Made by a program: the position numbers and the translations under genes. A stretch of 63,896 nucleotides of DNA, filler included, from Octopus bimaculoides (Eukaryota), in the NCBI RefSeq assembly GCF_001194135.2. It is 5 parts of 5 records of this genome, joined end to end, with 100 filler letters (N's around TTAATTAATTAA, not from the genome) between each part and the next. Parts side by side here need not be neighbours in the genome. Positions count along the whole stretch, not along the records: positions 1 to 12,223 come from NC_068995.1; positions 12,324 to 30,892 come from NC_068981.1; 3 more parts are not named here. One strand, 5' to 3'. Of this stretch, positions 1 through 12,656 are shown one piece after another (the stretch's first letter is position 1; every line of letters begins with the position of its first letter). The notes under the pieces are model-generated. The model did not search any database, was not told the origin of the DNA, and saw nothing but the letters and a program-made list of their open reading frames with translations.

Positions 1-19
1 GTCTCCCTGGAATATTGGA

Positions 20-20
20 A

Positions 21-85
<65 letters not shown>

Positions 86-123
86 TAATTATTATTATTA
101 TTATTATTACTATTATTATTATT

Positions 124-159
<36 letters not shown>

Positions 160-190
160 ATTATTATCATCATCATCAATATTATTATTA
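20..190. repeat. Compound trinucleotide microsatellite (TAT)n-(TGT)n-(CAT)n
   Basis: Direct read of tandem TAT, TGT and CAT units; explains the poly-Y/C and poly-L ORFs. Confidence 0.97.
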
Positions 191-346
191 CAAAACGGAA
201 TGTATGTGTGTATATATTATCTTTCATGTTACAGGCTACAGTTTACACCTAACTGGCTGAAATTGCATAGCCTACGTTATTTGTTTCAAAATGTAGACTA
301 TAGGTTGTAACATTTTCTACAAAATCGAAGAAAATTTAATGATGTT

Positions 347-348
<2 letters not shown>

Positions 349-386
<38 letters not shown>

Positions 387-402
387 TCTCTCTTCTCTCT
401 CT
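349..402. repeat. (CT)n microsatellite
   Basis: Direct read. Confidence 0.95.
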
Positions 403-3367
403 CTAAATATGCGTATGTGCACGTGTGTATATGTGTGAGCGCATGTTTGTAAGTATGTATGTATATATGTGCATTCCCTTCGCCGTTACAAAGCAGTAAA
501 AGTAACTCACCCTGGATATTTAAACACTTAGAAATGCAGTAAAGCATAGATTAGCCAGTTGGAAAAGAAAATTCGTAACTAACAACGGTAATGTTTACAA
601 ATTACAAGTATTAGAAAATTGAAAAAAAAAAGGCCCGGAAGTTGGAGGTTTGATTCTGTTAATTTTAGTTCAAGTCAAATTCTTGTCTCCTTGTTGTAGG
701 TATTTACTGTATCTGCAGATCTACTTACAATTATTGTTAGTGGTACAGCTGCTTCAATCAGTGTTGCAACAGTCTCATTAGCTGCAAGAGTGTTCAGTTA
801 TTTTTAGTGCTTCTATGAGAGTCGCAATGTATACTTGTCTTTAAGTAGTTGTTAATTAGTTGTTAATGTTGCTATTACGGATATATATTAATTATATGTC
901 GTAGCTGTTAGATTGTGTCTAGCAGTAGGACATATGCAGAATTTAGCTACTTCAGTCACAACTCTTCATAACGATTTTCCGAAACAGTAGACCCTATCTA
1001 AGAAAATTGTAGCATGACATATATAGCCCACGATACGTGGAGTAAGATACGTGTCACACATCTCACTTACTTCCAGTCAAAGTATATCTTCAAACTTTTG
1101 TCTGTTCATTCATTTTCCTTATTTTGTTGACCTGTCTTTAGCCTGAAATTAAAAGCTATTAGACCAGTGACTCAGTTCCTGGGATTTTACCTCTTATTCT
1201 AAGATGATTAGACAATAAAAAATTAAAATTCCAAGATTTACATAATGGTAATAGAGGAGGTTTTTATACGTCATAATATTTGCCTGTAGCTTCTATTACT
1301 AGTAAAAGAATTAACCAAATTTTGTTAGACTTGACTGAAGAATCCCGTGTTAAGTGATGTGATATTATCGTTTATCGTTCACACAGCTAAGGTTATGAGG
1401 ATACGGCTCTGTTTAAAAAGATATTTTAATCGGATTTAAATGTAGTTATATTTTAAAATGCTTATGATATCTTTGTCATGTTATTTAAAATAAAATTCAA
1501 TTGTTTAGGAAGCAAAAAACAATTATACAGAATTTATAAACAGACGAAATGAATTATCTTTAATATTTTGGCTGTTTGCTTAAAATCTCACTCGGTAAAT
1601 TAGCATTACAAAGCAAAATTGTTATTTCATAGAGAAAATGGCATTCTTGAAAATGGTCATAGATTTTTAATGATTAGATATCGTAACTCTTTTTCAATTG
1701 TTGTATTATTTCATTTGGAACTTATTTGATTCTTCCGCACATTTGTAAGATGTAAATCTTCTCAAGTATTTTAGCCTTGAATTTTTCTTTTTCTCGCTAA
1801 TATGAACGTTATCTTTTTAGACGGGAATAGTGTTAAATGAACACGGATTGAAATCAATAAAAATCAATAATGTCTAAACCATAACAGTAAAAATATAAAA
1901 TACAACAGTAAAATTACAAAATGTATCTTTAAAAAATACAAAAATCTGTAGAATCAAGACACAGCAATTCTAAGACCCGAAGGTTAAAGTTATACTTTTA
2001 TATGAATTTGAACTGATTAGTCATTATTGGAGGTGGGGTAGGAATAAATTGCAGAAAATTTCGAAATTAAGATGTAATCGTGAATCAAGTAAACAATCAC
2101 TTGGTTACTGGATAAAAAATAATTTCGTGATGTATTACTATAAATCGCTTATGTAAATTAGAAATATTTAAAATACCCATGATTCCATTAAATATACAAA
2201 ACTAAAAAACACTTCATTCAACTAAATGTATTAGGTAAGAAGAAATGAAAACGCGAGACTTCATTTTCTCTAAGTGTCCTTATTAAATGTTTCAAATAAC
2301 CACTTTGTAGTAAAATACTTCTCAATGAATATTCAGGATAATTTACGAAATAAATAATAATGATCTGTGATGAATAAACGTTTCCCTAAGAACCATTTGT
2401 TTTTAGGAAACATGCTATTAGTTGCACTCGAAGTATATATTTTCAAGAAACGTTAGGGCACTGTGGTACCTTATTAACGTTTAGAAATGCTAAAAGTTAT
2501 TTCTAATCATCAATGAGAAGTCTCTCCGATTTACTGTTTGTAAGTTCTTGCTTACAAACCGAAAGCAACGTGAACGTGTTGTAGAGTTGACAGAGAGCAA
2601 TGTGTATCTTGTAGAATACCAATGATATTTAAACAGTTTAGTCTTGATGCTATACGACTCGAAGAAGACGAAAGAGAGCTGAGATTGGAAGGCATACTTC
2701 ATGAAAGTAGACACTTCCACCATCAAATAATCTCTTCATGAACTGAAACTTTAATTTGAACAAATGCATCATCAAACAGTATATTATAAGAAGAAAATAG
2801 CCTTTTACTCTTATCTACAAAATCCCTTGACAAAATTTGTGAAATCAACCAATGTACTGCCTAGAACAAAACAAATGCTCAAGGTCTAGTACAGCATTAA
2901 ATTTCTATAAGCGGCAACATGCGAAGACCAGTAGAGTTTCTTATTGCACAATGCCATGTTCACACCTTACTTAAGAGTCTTCCCATTTGTTGAATCAGAT
3001 GCATAAGTAAAATGGATCTTTTTAAAAGGTAAAAATAGCTACAGCCGGCATAATAGCAGGCCAGAAATTCTATCAAATTAATCTTTGTATATATTCAATG
3101 AGATGTTTTACTGAAAGCGGAAATCGTAGAGATCTGTTCTATTACTCATACAGAACTAACATATATATTTCTGACGAAAGAGAATTGTTACATCAAGCAA
3201 ATGAGTGTGCTTAACATGCACTTACTAGACGAATATCTACTAATTATGGCCATTGATCAGATTACACGTCCCGGTTAAACCCTTTCTACAAAGTCCAAGT
3301 TCATTAGCACCGAGTTTTCGTCTGGGTGAATATTTCTCTGTAGTCTATGAAAATTACGTAAACAGCA

Positions 3368-3648
3368 GGCGTGGTTGTGTAGTAAGAAGCTTGCTTCCGG
3401 ATTCAATCCCACTGCGTGGCACCTTGGGAGACAAAGGCTTGTGAGTGGATTTGATAGACGGAAGCTGAAAAAGCCTGTCGTATATATATATATATATATA
3501 TATATNNNNNNNNNNNNNNNNNNNNNNNNNNNNNNNNNNNNNNNNNNNNNNNNNNNNNNNNNNNNNNNNNNNNNNNNNNNNNNNNNNNNNNNNNNNNNNN
3601 NNNNNNNNNNNNNNNNNNNNNNNNNNNNNNNNNNNNNNNNNNNNNNNN

Positions 3649-3682
<34 letters not shown>

Positions 3683-3876
3683 AGCCCACCACTGCTTGAC
3701 AACCCGTGTTGTGTTTTTGTGTTCCCGTAACTTACCGGTGTTCGGCTAAAGTAACCGATAAAATTAGTACTAGGCTTAAAAAATAAGACTTGGGGTCGAT
3801 TCATTCGACTAAAAATTCAAGGTGGTGCCCCAGTATGGCTACAGTCTAATAACTGAAACAGGTAAAAGGTAAAAGA
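3368..3876 (+). mobile_element. tRNA-derived SINE family A (CORE-like), with internal (TA)/(TG) microsatellite and gap
   Basis: GGCGTGG..GTGTAGTAAG head, CCCACTGCGTGGCACCTTGGG body, TTGTGAGTGGATTTG..ACGGAA, and 3' end ..ACTGAAACAGGTAAAAG, all shared with the copies at 21253 and 42034. Confidence 0.9.
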
Positions 3877-4019
3877 TAACATATACGGTTTAGCTGAGTG
3901 TTTGTTGTCTGACCAAATTTGTTGGGCTGAAATCTGCTAAACATCTGTCGCAGCAACCTCTATACTAGTTTCAGTTTCATTACTCTTAAACTTCAGCGTG
4001 AACCAAAGCGAGGTGAACT

Positions 4020-4620
4020 TGTGTTTGAAAACATAAGTTTCAGCGAGTTTCATAATTTGATAATCTACTATAATAACGATCTACGCACCATCTTATTCAT
4101 ACTTTCCCATAAACTTGCTGCGTGATTAAATCCAGATTCTCCCAGTAACCAATAGACATAGTGTGTGCTCTGACAACCATATCTTTTTGCTATTGGTGAT
4201 CCTTCACTTTTATTTATATTGTTTATGAAACTCTATAATCTGTAGTCAAATACGATCTCAACATCGTCAAAACCACACTTAGGAGAAGCAAAATCAATAA
4301 AAACAATATGCATTGATGTAGGACTTCCCCATTGTTATTTAAACCTCATTTTATAAGTTGCATCCCATTCACTGAAGTGTGTTAATGAATATTGAATACT
4401 AAAATTCTTTGTCCAGTTTACTTCTGATACGAAATATTTTTACTTTCAGAGAACAAAATGCATGCTTCTGTTAGAGATTGAAAGTAGTTCAGATACATCT
4501 AGTGAATCCATTAACGCTCATGTGAATTCATTTTTGCACGGACCAAATTAGGTTATTTAATGACTTTTAACCTTCTTGAGTTATATCCGATATATAGTGC
4601 ATAGATGACTGTTTATAAAT
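4020..4620 (-). pseudogene. Highly degraded non-LTR retrotransposon RT relic
   Basis: Minus-strand translation gives MHIVFIDF (4313-4290) and FNHAASLWESMNK (from 4130), resembling the RT 'VFIDF.KAFD.V.H..LW' region; many stops and frameshifts. Confidence 0.35.
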
Positions 4621-7600
4621 TTAAATTTTATCAAGGAATATCTTGCAAAGATCCTACAGGGCACTATGTCTTAGTAAGAAACGATGTAGTCATTGATTTA
4701 GTCCGTTGTTGCAATAATTCAACTATTGTGCTATTATGTATTAGACAAATATGCACACATATCTTGCCGCAATTGGGCATTGGGCCTGTTTCATTTCTGT
4801 ATAGTTGCTGATTTTCCTTTAGAACAAGGCTGATGATCTTAGGCAATCAATGAATTTATGCTACAATGGTCTTAGTAACTTTATTTTGCAACTTCCTAAA
4901 TTCATGCTTATCTTTCTTTCTTCCTCTTTTCTCTCACATTTTTATCTATCTATCTATCTATCTATCGACCGATCGATCGATTTATTTATCTATCTATTTC
5001 TCTCCGTGTTTGTGTATTAAATACATTCGTCAGTCTATCATCAGTCTACCATTATATTTTTGACTGTGAATATAAACACGCAGTGTTACGTACATAAGCG
5101 TGTAAATATGAGTACATACATTTATGTCGATGCACATACACAATTATATGCAATTCAAAGCAGGTTCCTAATCTTGTCTGGGTTACTACTACAATTTTAC
5201 TAGGCAGTCAACCATTTGTTATGCTATATTCATAGCTCGGGATAGCGAGTTGGCAGAATATCAAATGTTTATAGGAATTTGTAGCGGACAATTTATCAGA
5301 AAAAGAAAATGTTGAGAAAATTAATAAAAGATTTTTATACAAATTTCTTCCGTTATGCATGGACCACTTTTTATGTTACATTGCGAATATAATATCGGTA
5401 ATTAAAACTATTATATAATTACACGAAATAATGAAAATATCTAACATTTGGAAAAACGTGTAAGGGAGAAATACAAAAATACAAAGAAAACCATACAAAC
5501 AACATCCATTAAGTATAATTTGTATGTTTTAACGTAAACTAATTTAAAAGTATTCTCGATAACAAGAAATAACTAATGGTAGGGTTACCTAATCAAATTT
5601 CTGAGCCCCCAACACTCTTACTAGCAGGAACATTTCAGCCTTTTCTAGATTACTGAGGAAATATTCAGCAACAAGTTGATGTTCCTCTACCAATAACATA
5701 ATTTTGCTAAACACAGTGGTTCCATATAAATGAAAACTAGGTACTTTTATCGCTATACCTCATGACTTTTAGAAGTCTTTTCTGAGATCATCAAGATTCC
5801 GCTCTATTCAGAAACAATGGAGCTTGTTGCCAGTACTTAATTTTGCGTCATATATTTCAGTTAACTGGCGCGATATGACAGTCAGTTGTATTTAAAATGT
5901 AGTCGGAAAACTGGAAGAGATACGGCTGCGATATAAGATGTTGTAACGATAACATATTTCCCAATTGTTAGTAATGCTTTCCGTATATATTCTTTATCTT
6001 ATAAGTCAAAATAAAAAATTGTTTTCTTAATCAGTACAAGGATCCATTATGTAACGGCACTTCGAAAATCTGATCTGAGGTGTGAAATTTAAGACATTTC
6101 AATCATCGAAAAATATTTAAAATGTTTGCACGGTACGCTTTCCTGTTTTCTCCGTCAATTTGTCTTCATAAGTTTCTATGCTTATGGTCTGTAATTTACT
6201 TTCTTCATTGCCTACGCTATTGATATCTGAGAATCTCTTTATAGACTATACTACTTTCCATTTTAAATGAGATGTAACACATCGATCAGTATAGAAGAGA
6301 GACAATTATCAACAGACGAAGAGTTGAGGTAACATTCTATTTTATATCCATAATATTGAGTACACCCGTTCAGATTAGTATCCAGCAAGATATGGGCGTC
6401 AAACAATGATATTAATTTAACGATATATGTATGTACTCAAAAAATATAGTCACGTGATACTAACGCGGAGACTTAGCGGAGAACCCATAAAAATTCTTAA
6501 GGCTAATCGCAAAAATCTCAAGTTTTGAAAATCAGCGATATCTGTAAAACCGCTTAAGCCTTTAGAAATTCGAAAATAAAAATTTAAACGAATCCCAGCG
6601 CATTTTAAACTTTTGTATATACATATATATGTGTATGTGTGTAAATCTATATAGTAGATATTCAAGCATGTCAGCTTTCGCCGTTGATTGAAAAATCGAT
6701 TTAGAAGTGAGTATATCACTTCACAAATCCCAGACAAGCAATAGCCAATCTGTCTATACACAAATTAAATCCAATAGCTCCAGTTCTCTGGAGCTACTAA
6801 TTTGCATACTATAAGTTTTAAACTATATTAATAACACCCTGCTCGAAAATCTAAATATACAACTCTATATTAACATTTTAATGTGTAAGCTTTTCGGATA
6901 TATCATATCGTGTGTCTGAGTGAAGGTCTGAGTGCATCTAAAATATTGTACGCCACTGAGTTTGCGCTTTTCGTGTATACATATAAAATATAATCTCGGT
7001 GAAATCACTAAGCTATCATTAGTATTCTCCATTAACTCGACACAGTTCAATTGCCATTGATATTGAATTAATTTATGATATTATTTGCTGTTTTTATAAC
7101 ATCAACGTGGAACGTGTGACGCAATTAATTTTGGTGGATATGTACTAATAACTATTTTATAAAAAAATGTTTTAGTCCAACAACATGAACTCATTTCTTT
7201 GTAATTATGAAAAAACACTTCAGAGGAATAAGAACTACTTGATTTATTGATTTGAGATTGAACCGAGATAAATATATTTATTTGTAAAATATCTCTTTTC
7301 CTTGATGTTTCCAGATTATTTCAATATCAGTTTCTTGAATATCTTCTGAATGTTTTGGACTTTTAATGATATTTAAAGTAAAATATAATATAATTGTAAA
7401 ATATTTCTAAAACTAGATGTAAATTAATGTACATAATTTACTAAGTCACTTGAGGTATGGTACAGTCCTCTTATCTCATTATTATTATTTCATCAAGAAC
7501 TCTGAATGTTGAATTACTGATATATACACATATTTATACTTCAAAAAACTAGTGAGTGAGCCTAGTGCTGACACCAAGAAAGTCTAATGAGGTACAGGTA

Positions 7601-8034
7601 ACATGAAATTTTCCGCGTCTTCATACTTTCTATTCGGTCATTCAGTTCAAAACATCAAAAATAAAACAGCATGGTTAAATACATCAAAAGACATATTCAT
7701 TTGATTTAGTTCATCTATAATTTATATACATTTTTGCAGTCGTTACATTTCGCAGAAAAGGTAGGTTTGGTCTTGAAGTTACAAGATCTATTTATATTGA
7801 AATAATCTAGAAGTATTACTTTCTAATCATTAAAATATTCTATTTACCACTTTTATTAAAACGAAGGCTTTCAAGACTGTTTCAAAGCAGCTATTTTAGA
7901 CCTGACGATATCAGCGGATACATCCAAAGATATAATGAATTAATAAATCTTGTAAAGAGCTTAACACACCATATATGGTAGGGATGAATTTGGCTTTTAT
8001 TTCCTATTCTCAATTGTGTTTATTATATTTTCTT

Positions 8035-8134
8035 AGAATAAGTCCTGGGGTCGATTTGCTCGACTAAAGGCGGTGCTCCAGCATGGCCACAGTCAAATGA
8101 CTGAAACAAGTAAAAGAGTAAAAGAGTAAAAGAG
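8035..8134 (+). mobile_element. SINE family A, 3' fragment with (GTAAAAGA)3 tail
   Basis: GAATAAGTCCTGGGGTCGATTTGCTCGACTAAAGGCGGTGCTCCAGCATGGCCACAGTCAAATGACTGAAACAAG, essentially identical to the 3' end at 21568-21657. Confidence 0.93.
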
Positions 8135-8243
8135 TGGATGTCCTTCATTATTTTGTTATGGCAACGCAACTGATGTTTTTAGGATTACTTGACCTCCATC
8201 TTCTCAAATCCCCGCAATATACGTATTTGTATAAATCTTTTAT

Positions 8244-8598
8244 CTTTTACTTGTTTCAGTTATTAGACTACGGTCATTCTGGGGCACCGAGTAGAAAAAC
8301 ATTGGTCGAACAAGTCAACCCAGTGCTTATTTTTTCAAGTCTGGTTCTTATTTCATCCGTTTCTTACGCCATACCGCTCAGTTACGGAGTTGGAAACACA
8401 CTAGCACCGGTTGTCAAGCGGTGATAGTCGGAGAAAAACACAAACACACATATACACATACAATGGGATTCTTTCAGTTTCCGTCTATCAAATCCACTCA
8501 CAAGGTTTTGGTCGGCCCAAAGCTATAATAGAGGGCACTTGTCTAAGATGCTACGCAATAAAACTGAGGAGCAAACTTCTTAGTACACAGCCACGCCT
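8244..8598 (-). mobile_element. SINE family A, diverged near-full-length copy
   Basis: Reverse complement carries the head (AGGCGTGGCTGTGTAC), the body (ccttgtgagtggatttgatagacggaaactgaaag) and the 3' end. Confidence 0.88.
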
Positions 8599-9527
8599 GC
8601 GTTTATATGTAAAACATTCCTTCAATATACACAAGAGAAAAAGGCCAGGTCAGTTCCTTCTCAATTTTATTCGATTGTCAAAGAATATGTATGAGAATAT
8701 GTATATGTATATGTATTTTTCCATATGTGTATTTTCATACACTGTTTTTAACACTATTTTTAACAATTTCACCTTAATATGACAATCAGTATGTAACACT
8801 ACAAAGTTCATACAAAGCTTTATACTTTAAATATATTTTATCATCAAAGAATGTATATATGCATTTTAATACTCAGACTGTTTTTTAACATTTTTTATTA
8901 TTCTCAAAGACTTTTGATAATCTTTTTCTAAAAAAGTGAAACCGGTTAAGTANNNNNNNNNNNNNNNNNNNNNNNNNNNNNNNNNNNNNNNNNNNNNNNN
9001 NNNNNNNNNNNNNNNNNNNNNNNNNNNNNNNNNNNNNNNNNNNNNNNNNNNNNNNNNNNNNNNNNNNNNNNNNNNNNNNNNNNNNNNNNNNNNNNNNNNN
9101 NNNNNNNNNNNNNNNNNNNNNNNNNNNNNNNNNNNNNNNNNNNNNNNNNNNNNNTATATATATATATAAATATATATATGCGTGTATGTGTGTGTATGTG
9201 TGTATATATATTTCTGTGTGAATCTCTGTGTGTGTATGTGTGTGTCATTATTCAGTTTTATTTCACGATTTCTTGCCAATAGAGAAAGAGCCGGCTTTTA
9301 ACTTATATCCAAGGCTCCTTCACAGAAATTTCAACATCAACAAGGTAGCTTTGTATGTATGTATGTATGTATATATGTATGTATGTATGTATCTATGTAT
9401 GTATGTATGTTTTTATGTATGTATGTATGTCTCTTCTATTTTCGTTTTGGTTTATAGTGTTGAGAAGGAGGATAATTTTAGATCTTTTTTTTTAATGAAG
9501 TTACATTCACTAACTTTTTTCCTATGT

Positions 9528-9740
9528 TCAACAAATGTTGCTTAGTTCTGGATGCAAATCGTCCCAATGTGATTTCAATCGATTCATATACCCAACAGCG
9601 GGGTTTTGTTTCGCTCTTTTGTGACAGTTAAATAAACCAGTATTCAATTTATCACTCCAAGAAAAATGATTTGTAGTTACGTTTTCTTCTATAACTACAG
9701 CTAGAAACAATCTGTTTACCTGTTGAGCTGTTGTTTTCAT
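9528..9740 (-). pseudogene. Probable N-terminal fragment of an R4/Dong-type non-LTR retrotransposon ORF
   Basis: WSDKLNTGLFNCHKRAKQNPAVGYMNRLKSHWDDLHP resembles the recalled 'W..E.N..L..CY.....P..GY..RM...W...P' N-terminal motif; judged by eye only. Confidence 0.35.
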
Positions 9741-9977
9741 TTTGTTCTTCGGTTGTGTTGTTCATGTTGTGTCTAGATATGTGTTTGTAGTAACTCTCTG
9801 CATGGTAAACTCAAGTTTCAGTCGAGAATCACTACGAATTTGTATAAAAGCCTCCTTCAGTTAATTCATCTGAAGATTAGTAAATTATTTAACAAGGCTA
9901 ATAGTTGTGGCTTCAAGGTTGGAGATAGAATTCATCGTATTTTCGATAAATAGATTCCCACGTCAAATTCGCAAACC

Positions 9978-10098
9978 GTCCCCGTAACTTAGCGGTTCGG
10001 CAAAAGAGACCGATAGAATAAGTACTAGGCTTACAAAGTAAACGTCCTGGGTTCGATTTGCTCGACCAAATAGCGGTGCTCCAGCATGGCTACAGTCA
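9978..10098 (+). mobile_element. SINE family A, 3' half
   Basis: GTCCCCGTAACTTAGCGGTTCGGCAAAAGAGACCGATAGAATAAGTACTAGGCTTACAAAG...GCGGTGCTCCAGCATGGC. Confidence 0.92.
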
Positions 10099-10430
10099 TA
10101 TATANNNNNNNNNNNNNNNNNNNNNNNNNNNNNNNNNNNNNNNNNNNNNNNNNNNNNNNNNNNNNNNNNNNNNNNNNNNNNNNNNNNNNNNNNNNNNNNN
10201 NNNNNNNNNNNNNNNNNNNNNNNNNNNNNNNNNNNNNNNNNNNNNNNNNNNNNNNNNNNNNNNNNNNNNNNNNNNNNNNNNNNNNNNNNNNNNNNNNNNN
10301 NNNNNNNNNNNNNNNNNNNNNNNNNNNNNNNNNNNNNNNNNNNNNNNNNNNNNNNNNNNNNNNNNNNNNNNNNNNNNNNNNNNNNNNNNNNNNNNNNNNN
10401 NNNNNNNNNNNNNNNNNNNNNNNNNNNNNN

Positions 10431-10967
10431 NACCGAGAAATAAACTTCGACATGCCAAGTTCATTGTTCAGAAAATTCTCAACTCTCCCGAGGATATGCT
10501 CATAGCATTTACTATTTAATTTATAGTCAGTCGCATGTCATTCATCACTATGTGAGAACACAATAAATGTTTTCATTTTTGGTGGCAGTTGCAGAACGCC
10601 CAGACTTTGGGTCATATTCAAGACATTCCCTTCACCTCCTAAATTCAGCTGCCCACATTCCGCACTGTTGATAAAGCAAGAACGTCATCTCCTAATGTAG
10701 CAACTATGTCAGCATGAATGCTATTGGGGGCTAAATCCTTTTTCTGTGGGTACCTGATAAGACCACAGTGCTAAATTTTGTCCACTTTCAAGGAAAGTCG
10801 TTACTAGTTACTTTTGAAGTCATATTTGAACAGACAGATACCAGTTTACCGGGAATGAAACAATGTAGTTACTAATAAGTAGAGGTGAACTTAGTGTATG
10901 CGAGATTTCACAGCTCTAGCATCGTTCCTTCATAGTCAGCCTATGAACCTTTCACCCCCTCCCCTCG
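10431..10967 (-). mobile_element. Mariner transposon, 5' half (TIR plus decayed transposase N-terminus), cut by an N gap
   Basis: Terminus TA|CGAGGG at 10967. Frameshifted translation from 10785: DKI*HCGLIRYPQKKDLAPNSIHADIVATLGDDVLALSTVR/WAAEFRR*RECLEYDPKSGRSATAT/../LNNELGMSKFISR, matching the mariner HTH region that leads into WVP. Confidence 0.85.
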
Positions 10968-11020
10968 TATATATATATGGAAAAAGTCAAGGTAGAAAAT
11001 GCTAAAATTTTATAAAAAAA

Positions 11021-11063
11021 CATTTCAGTACCGCTTTCAGTCATTGAGACTTTTTCAACTGTA
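11021..11063 (-). ncRNA. Minimal type-I hammerhead ribozyme fold (U3-A8 core variant) in an inverted Penelope-type terminal repeat
   Basis: Minus strand reads TACAG-TTGAAAA-AGTC(TCAAT)GACT-GAAA-GCGG-TA-CTGAA: stem I, core, 4-bp stem II, GAAA, short stem III and GUA triplet. Confidence 0.65.
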
Positions 11064-11830
11064 TGGAAAATAATTATATTTTGGAAAAATTAAAAGAAAA
11101 CTATCCACCTTCACTAATTGACATATGCTTTCATCGTGCCCTGCAACTCAACATCCACGAACTCAGACATCCCAAATTTATGAAGGATTTACAACCAAAA
11201 GCCCTACCACACATCTCCACACACAACCCTCTTAACAATGAAGCCTTCGACACCATCCTTCAAAAAAGGACCACAGAATCAACAATCCTCTAAACACACA
11301 CCATCATAAAAAGCAAGAGACAAGTCTCCTAACACAACCCCGAAAAGTCTCCTAACACAACCCCGAATACGCTCAACAACAACACAGAAGCCGTCAGTAC
11401 AAAAAATGCGGAAGACCCAACTGTGGGATATGCGTCAATTTAATTGAGGGATCAGAGTTCTCCTTCAAACAGGGACAACGATTCATAGTGAAAAGCAGCT
11501 TCACATGTGCTTCGAAGAACCTGATATACGCACTAACCTGCTCTGGGTGTCAAGAGCAATACACAGGTCAAACAAAAAAACAATCTACGTCAAAGGATGG
11601 CTCTGCACAGATCCCAGATCAAAATCCCCCAAAACAGAAAAATAGCATTCAGCCAACACATCGACATTTTCACCAATAACAAAAATCCAGGCTTCAAAAT
11701 TTTCCCTTCTACCAATTCAGGGACGATACAACCAGTAGCCAACGAATTAGTAAAGAGAATCTCTTTATTACAAAATACAGGCCCATTTTGAACGCATCTA
11801 TAACAAACGACATATCCACCACGCAAATAT
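11063..11830 (+). pseudogene. Penelope-like element: RT C-terminus plus GIY-YIG endonuclease, frameshifted and 5'-truncated
   Basis: LKENYPPSLIDICFHRA..LPHISTHNPLN (PLE RT C-terminus); FTCASKNLIYALTCSGCQEQYTGQT (GIY-YIG start); HRSQIKIP..FSQHID..FKIFP; KENLFITKYRPILN (GIY-YIG end). Confidence 0.88.
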
Positions 11831-12223
11831 TAAAAATGATACATTCAAGAGATACCCAAGAATTCATTAAAAAACAGTCCCAATCACTGCTATAATCCAC
11901 AACAAGCCACTTTTAGGTCACTTGACCATTTACCATCCTACTACTATCATACCACCTGCATCCTTTATTATTCTATCTTCACCTTTCCCTTTCTTCTTCT
12001 TCGTCTTCTTCCTCTCCGCCACCCCCTTCCTTACTTTACTACTATTGCTGTTTAGAATAACACCTACGCAAGTATTATAAACAATGCATTCAAAAGAGAT
12101 GTCTCAAGAATTTAATCACTACTACCATCCACAAGTCACTTTCAGGGCACTTGATTATTTAAAATCCAACTACTATCATGGCACTCTCGCATCCTCCTCC
12201 TCCTCCTCCTCCTCCTCCTCCTC

Positions 12224-12323
12224 NNNNNNNNNNNNNNNNNNNNNNNNNNNNNNNNNNNNNNNNNNNNTTAATTAATTAANNNNNNNNNNNNNNNNNNNNN
12301 NNNNNNNNNNNNNNNNNNNNNNN
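12224..12323. other. Artificial scaffold-join spacer (44N-TTAATTAATTAA-44N)
   Basis: Exact 100-bp format repeated four times; the 12-mer has stop codons in all six frames. Confidence 0.95.
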
Positions 12324-12620
12324 AATTGTACTAAATTAACTAAAAGGCAAGTGTTTTTTACTCTTCTCTATTGTTTTTTGTTCTGTGTGTATCAAAAATA
12401 TCGCTATCAATCTGGAGTAATAATTTGTAGTTTTGAAATCAGTAGTTCTTTGACTGCTATTTCTGAATTCTCAGTATGTTGGAGAAGCAGGTTACTGTCA
12501 ATCCCTATATATTTATGATTATAAATTATTTACCGAAGAAGGTTTTTTCATACTGAGCTACCCGGCAGAAATTGTTAATTATTAATTTTATTACTAATTG
12601 ATGATTCCCTGCCCTGCATA

Positions 12621-12656
<36 letters not shown>

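Noticed and set aside
2490-2726. ORF with an Ig-like 'DFSLMIRN' stretch
   Set aside because: No Ig cysteine/tryptophan spacing, no splice support, and neighbouring frames are full of stops.
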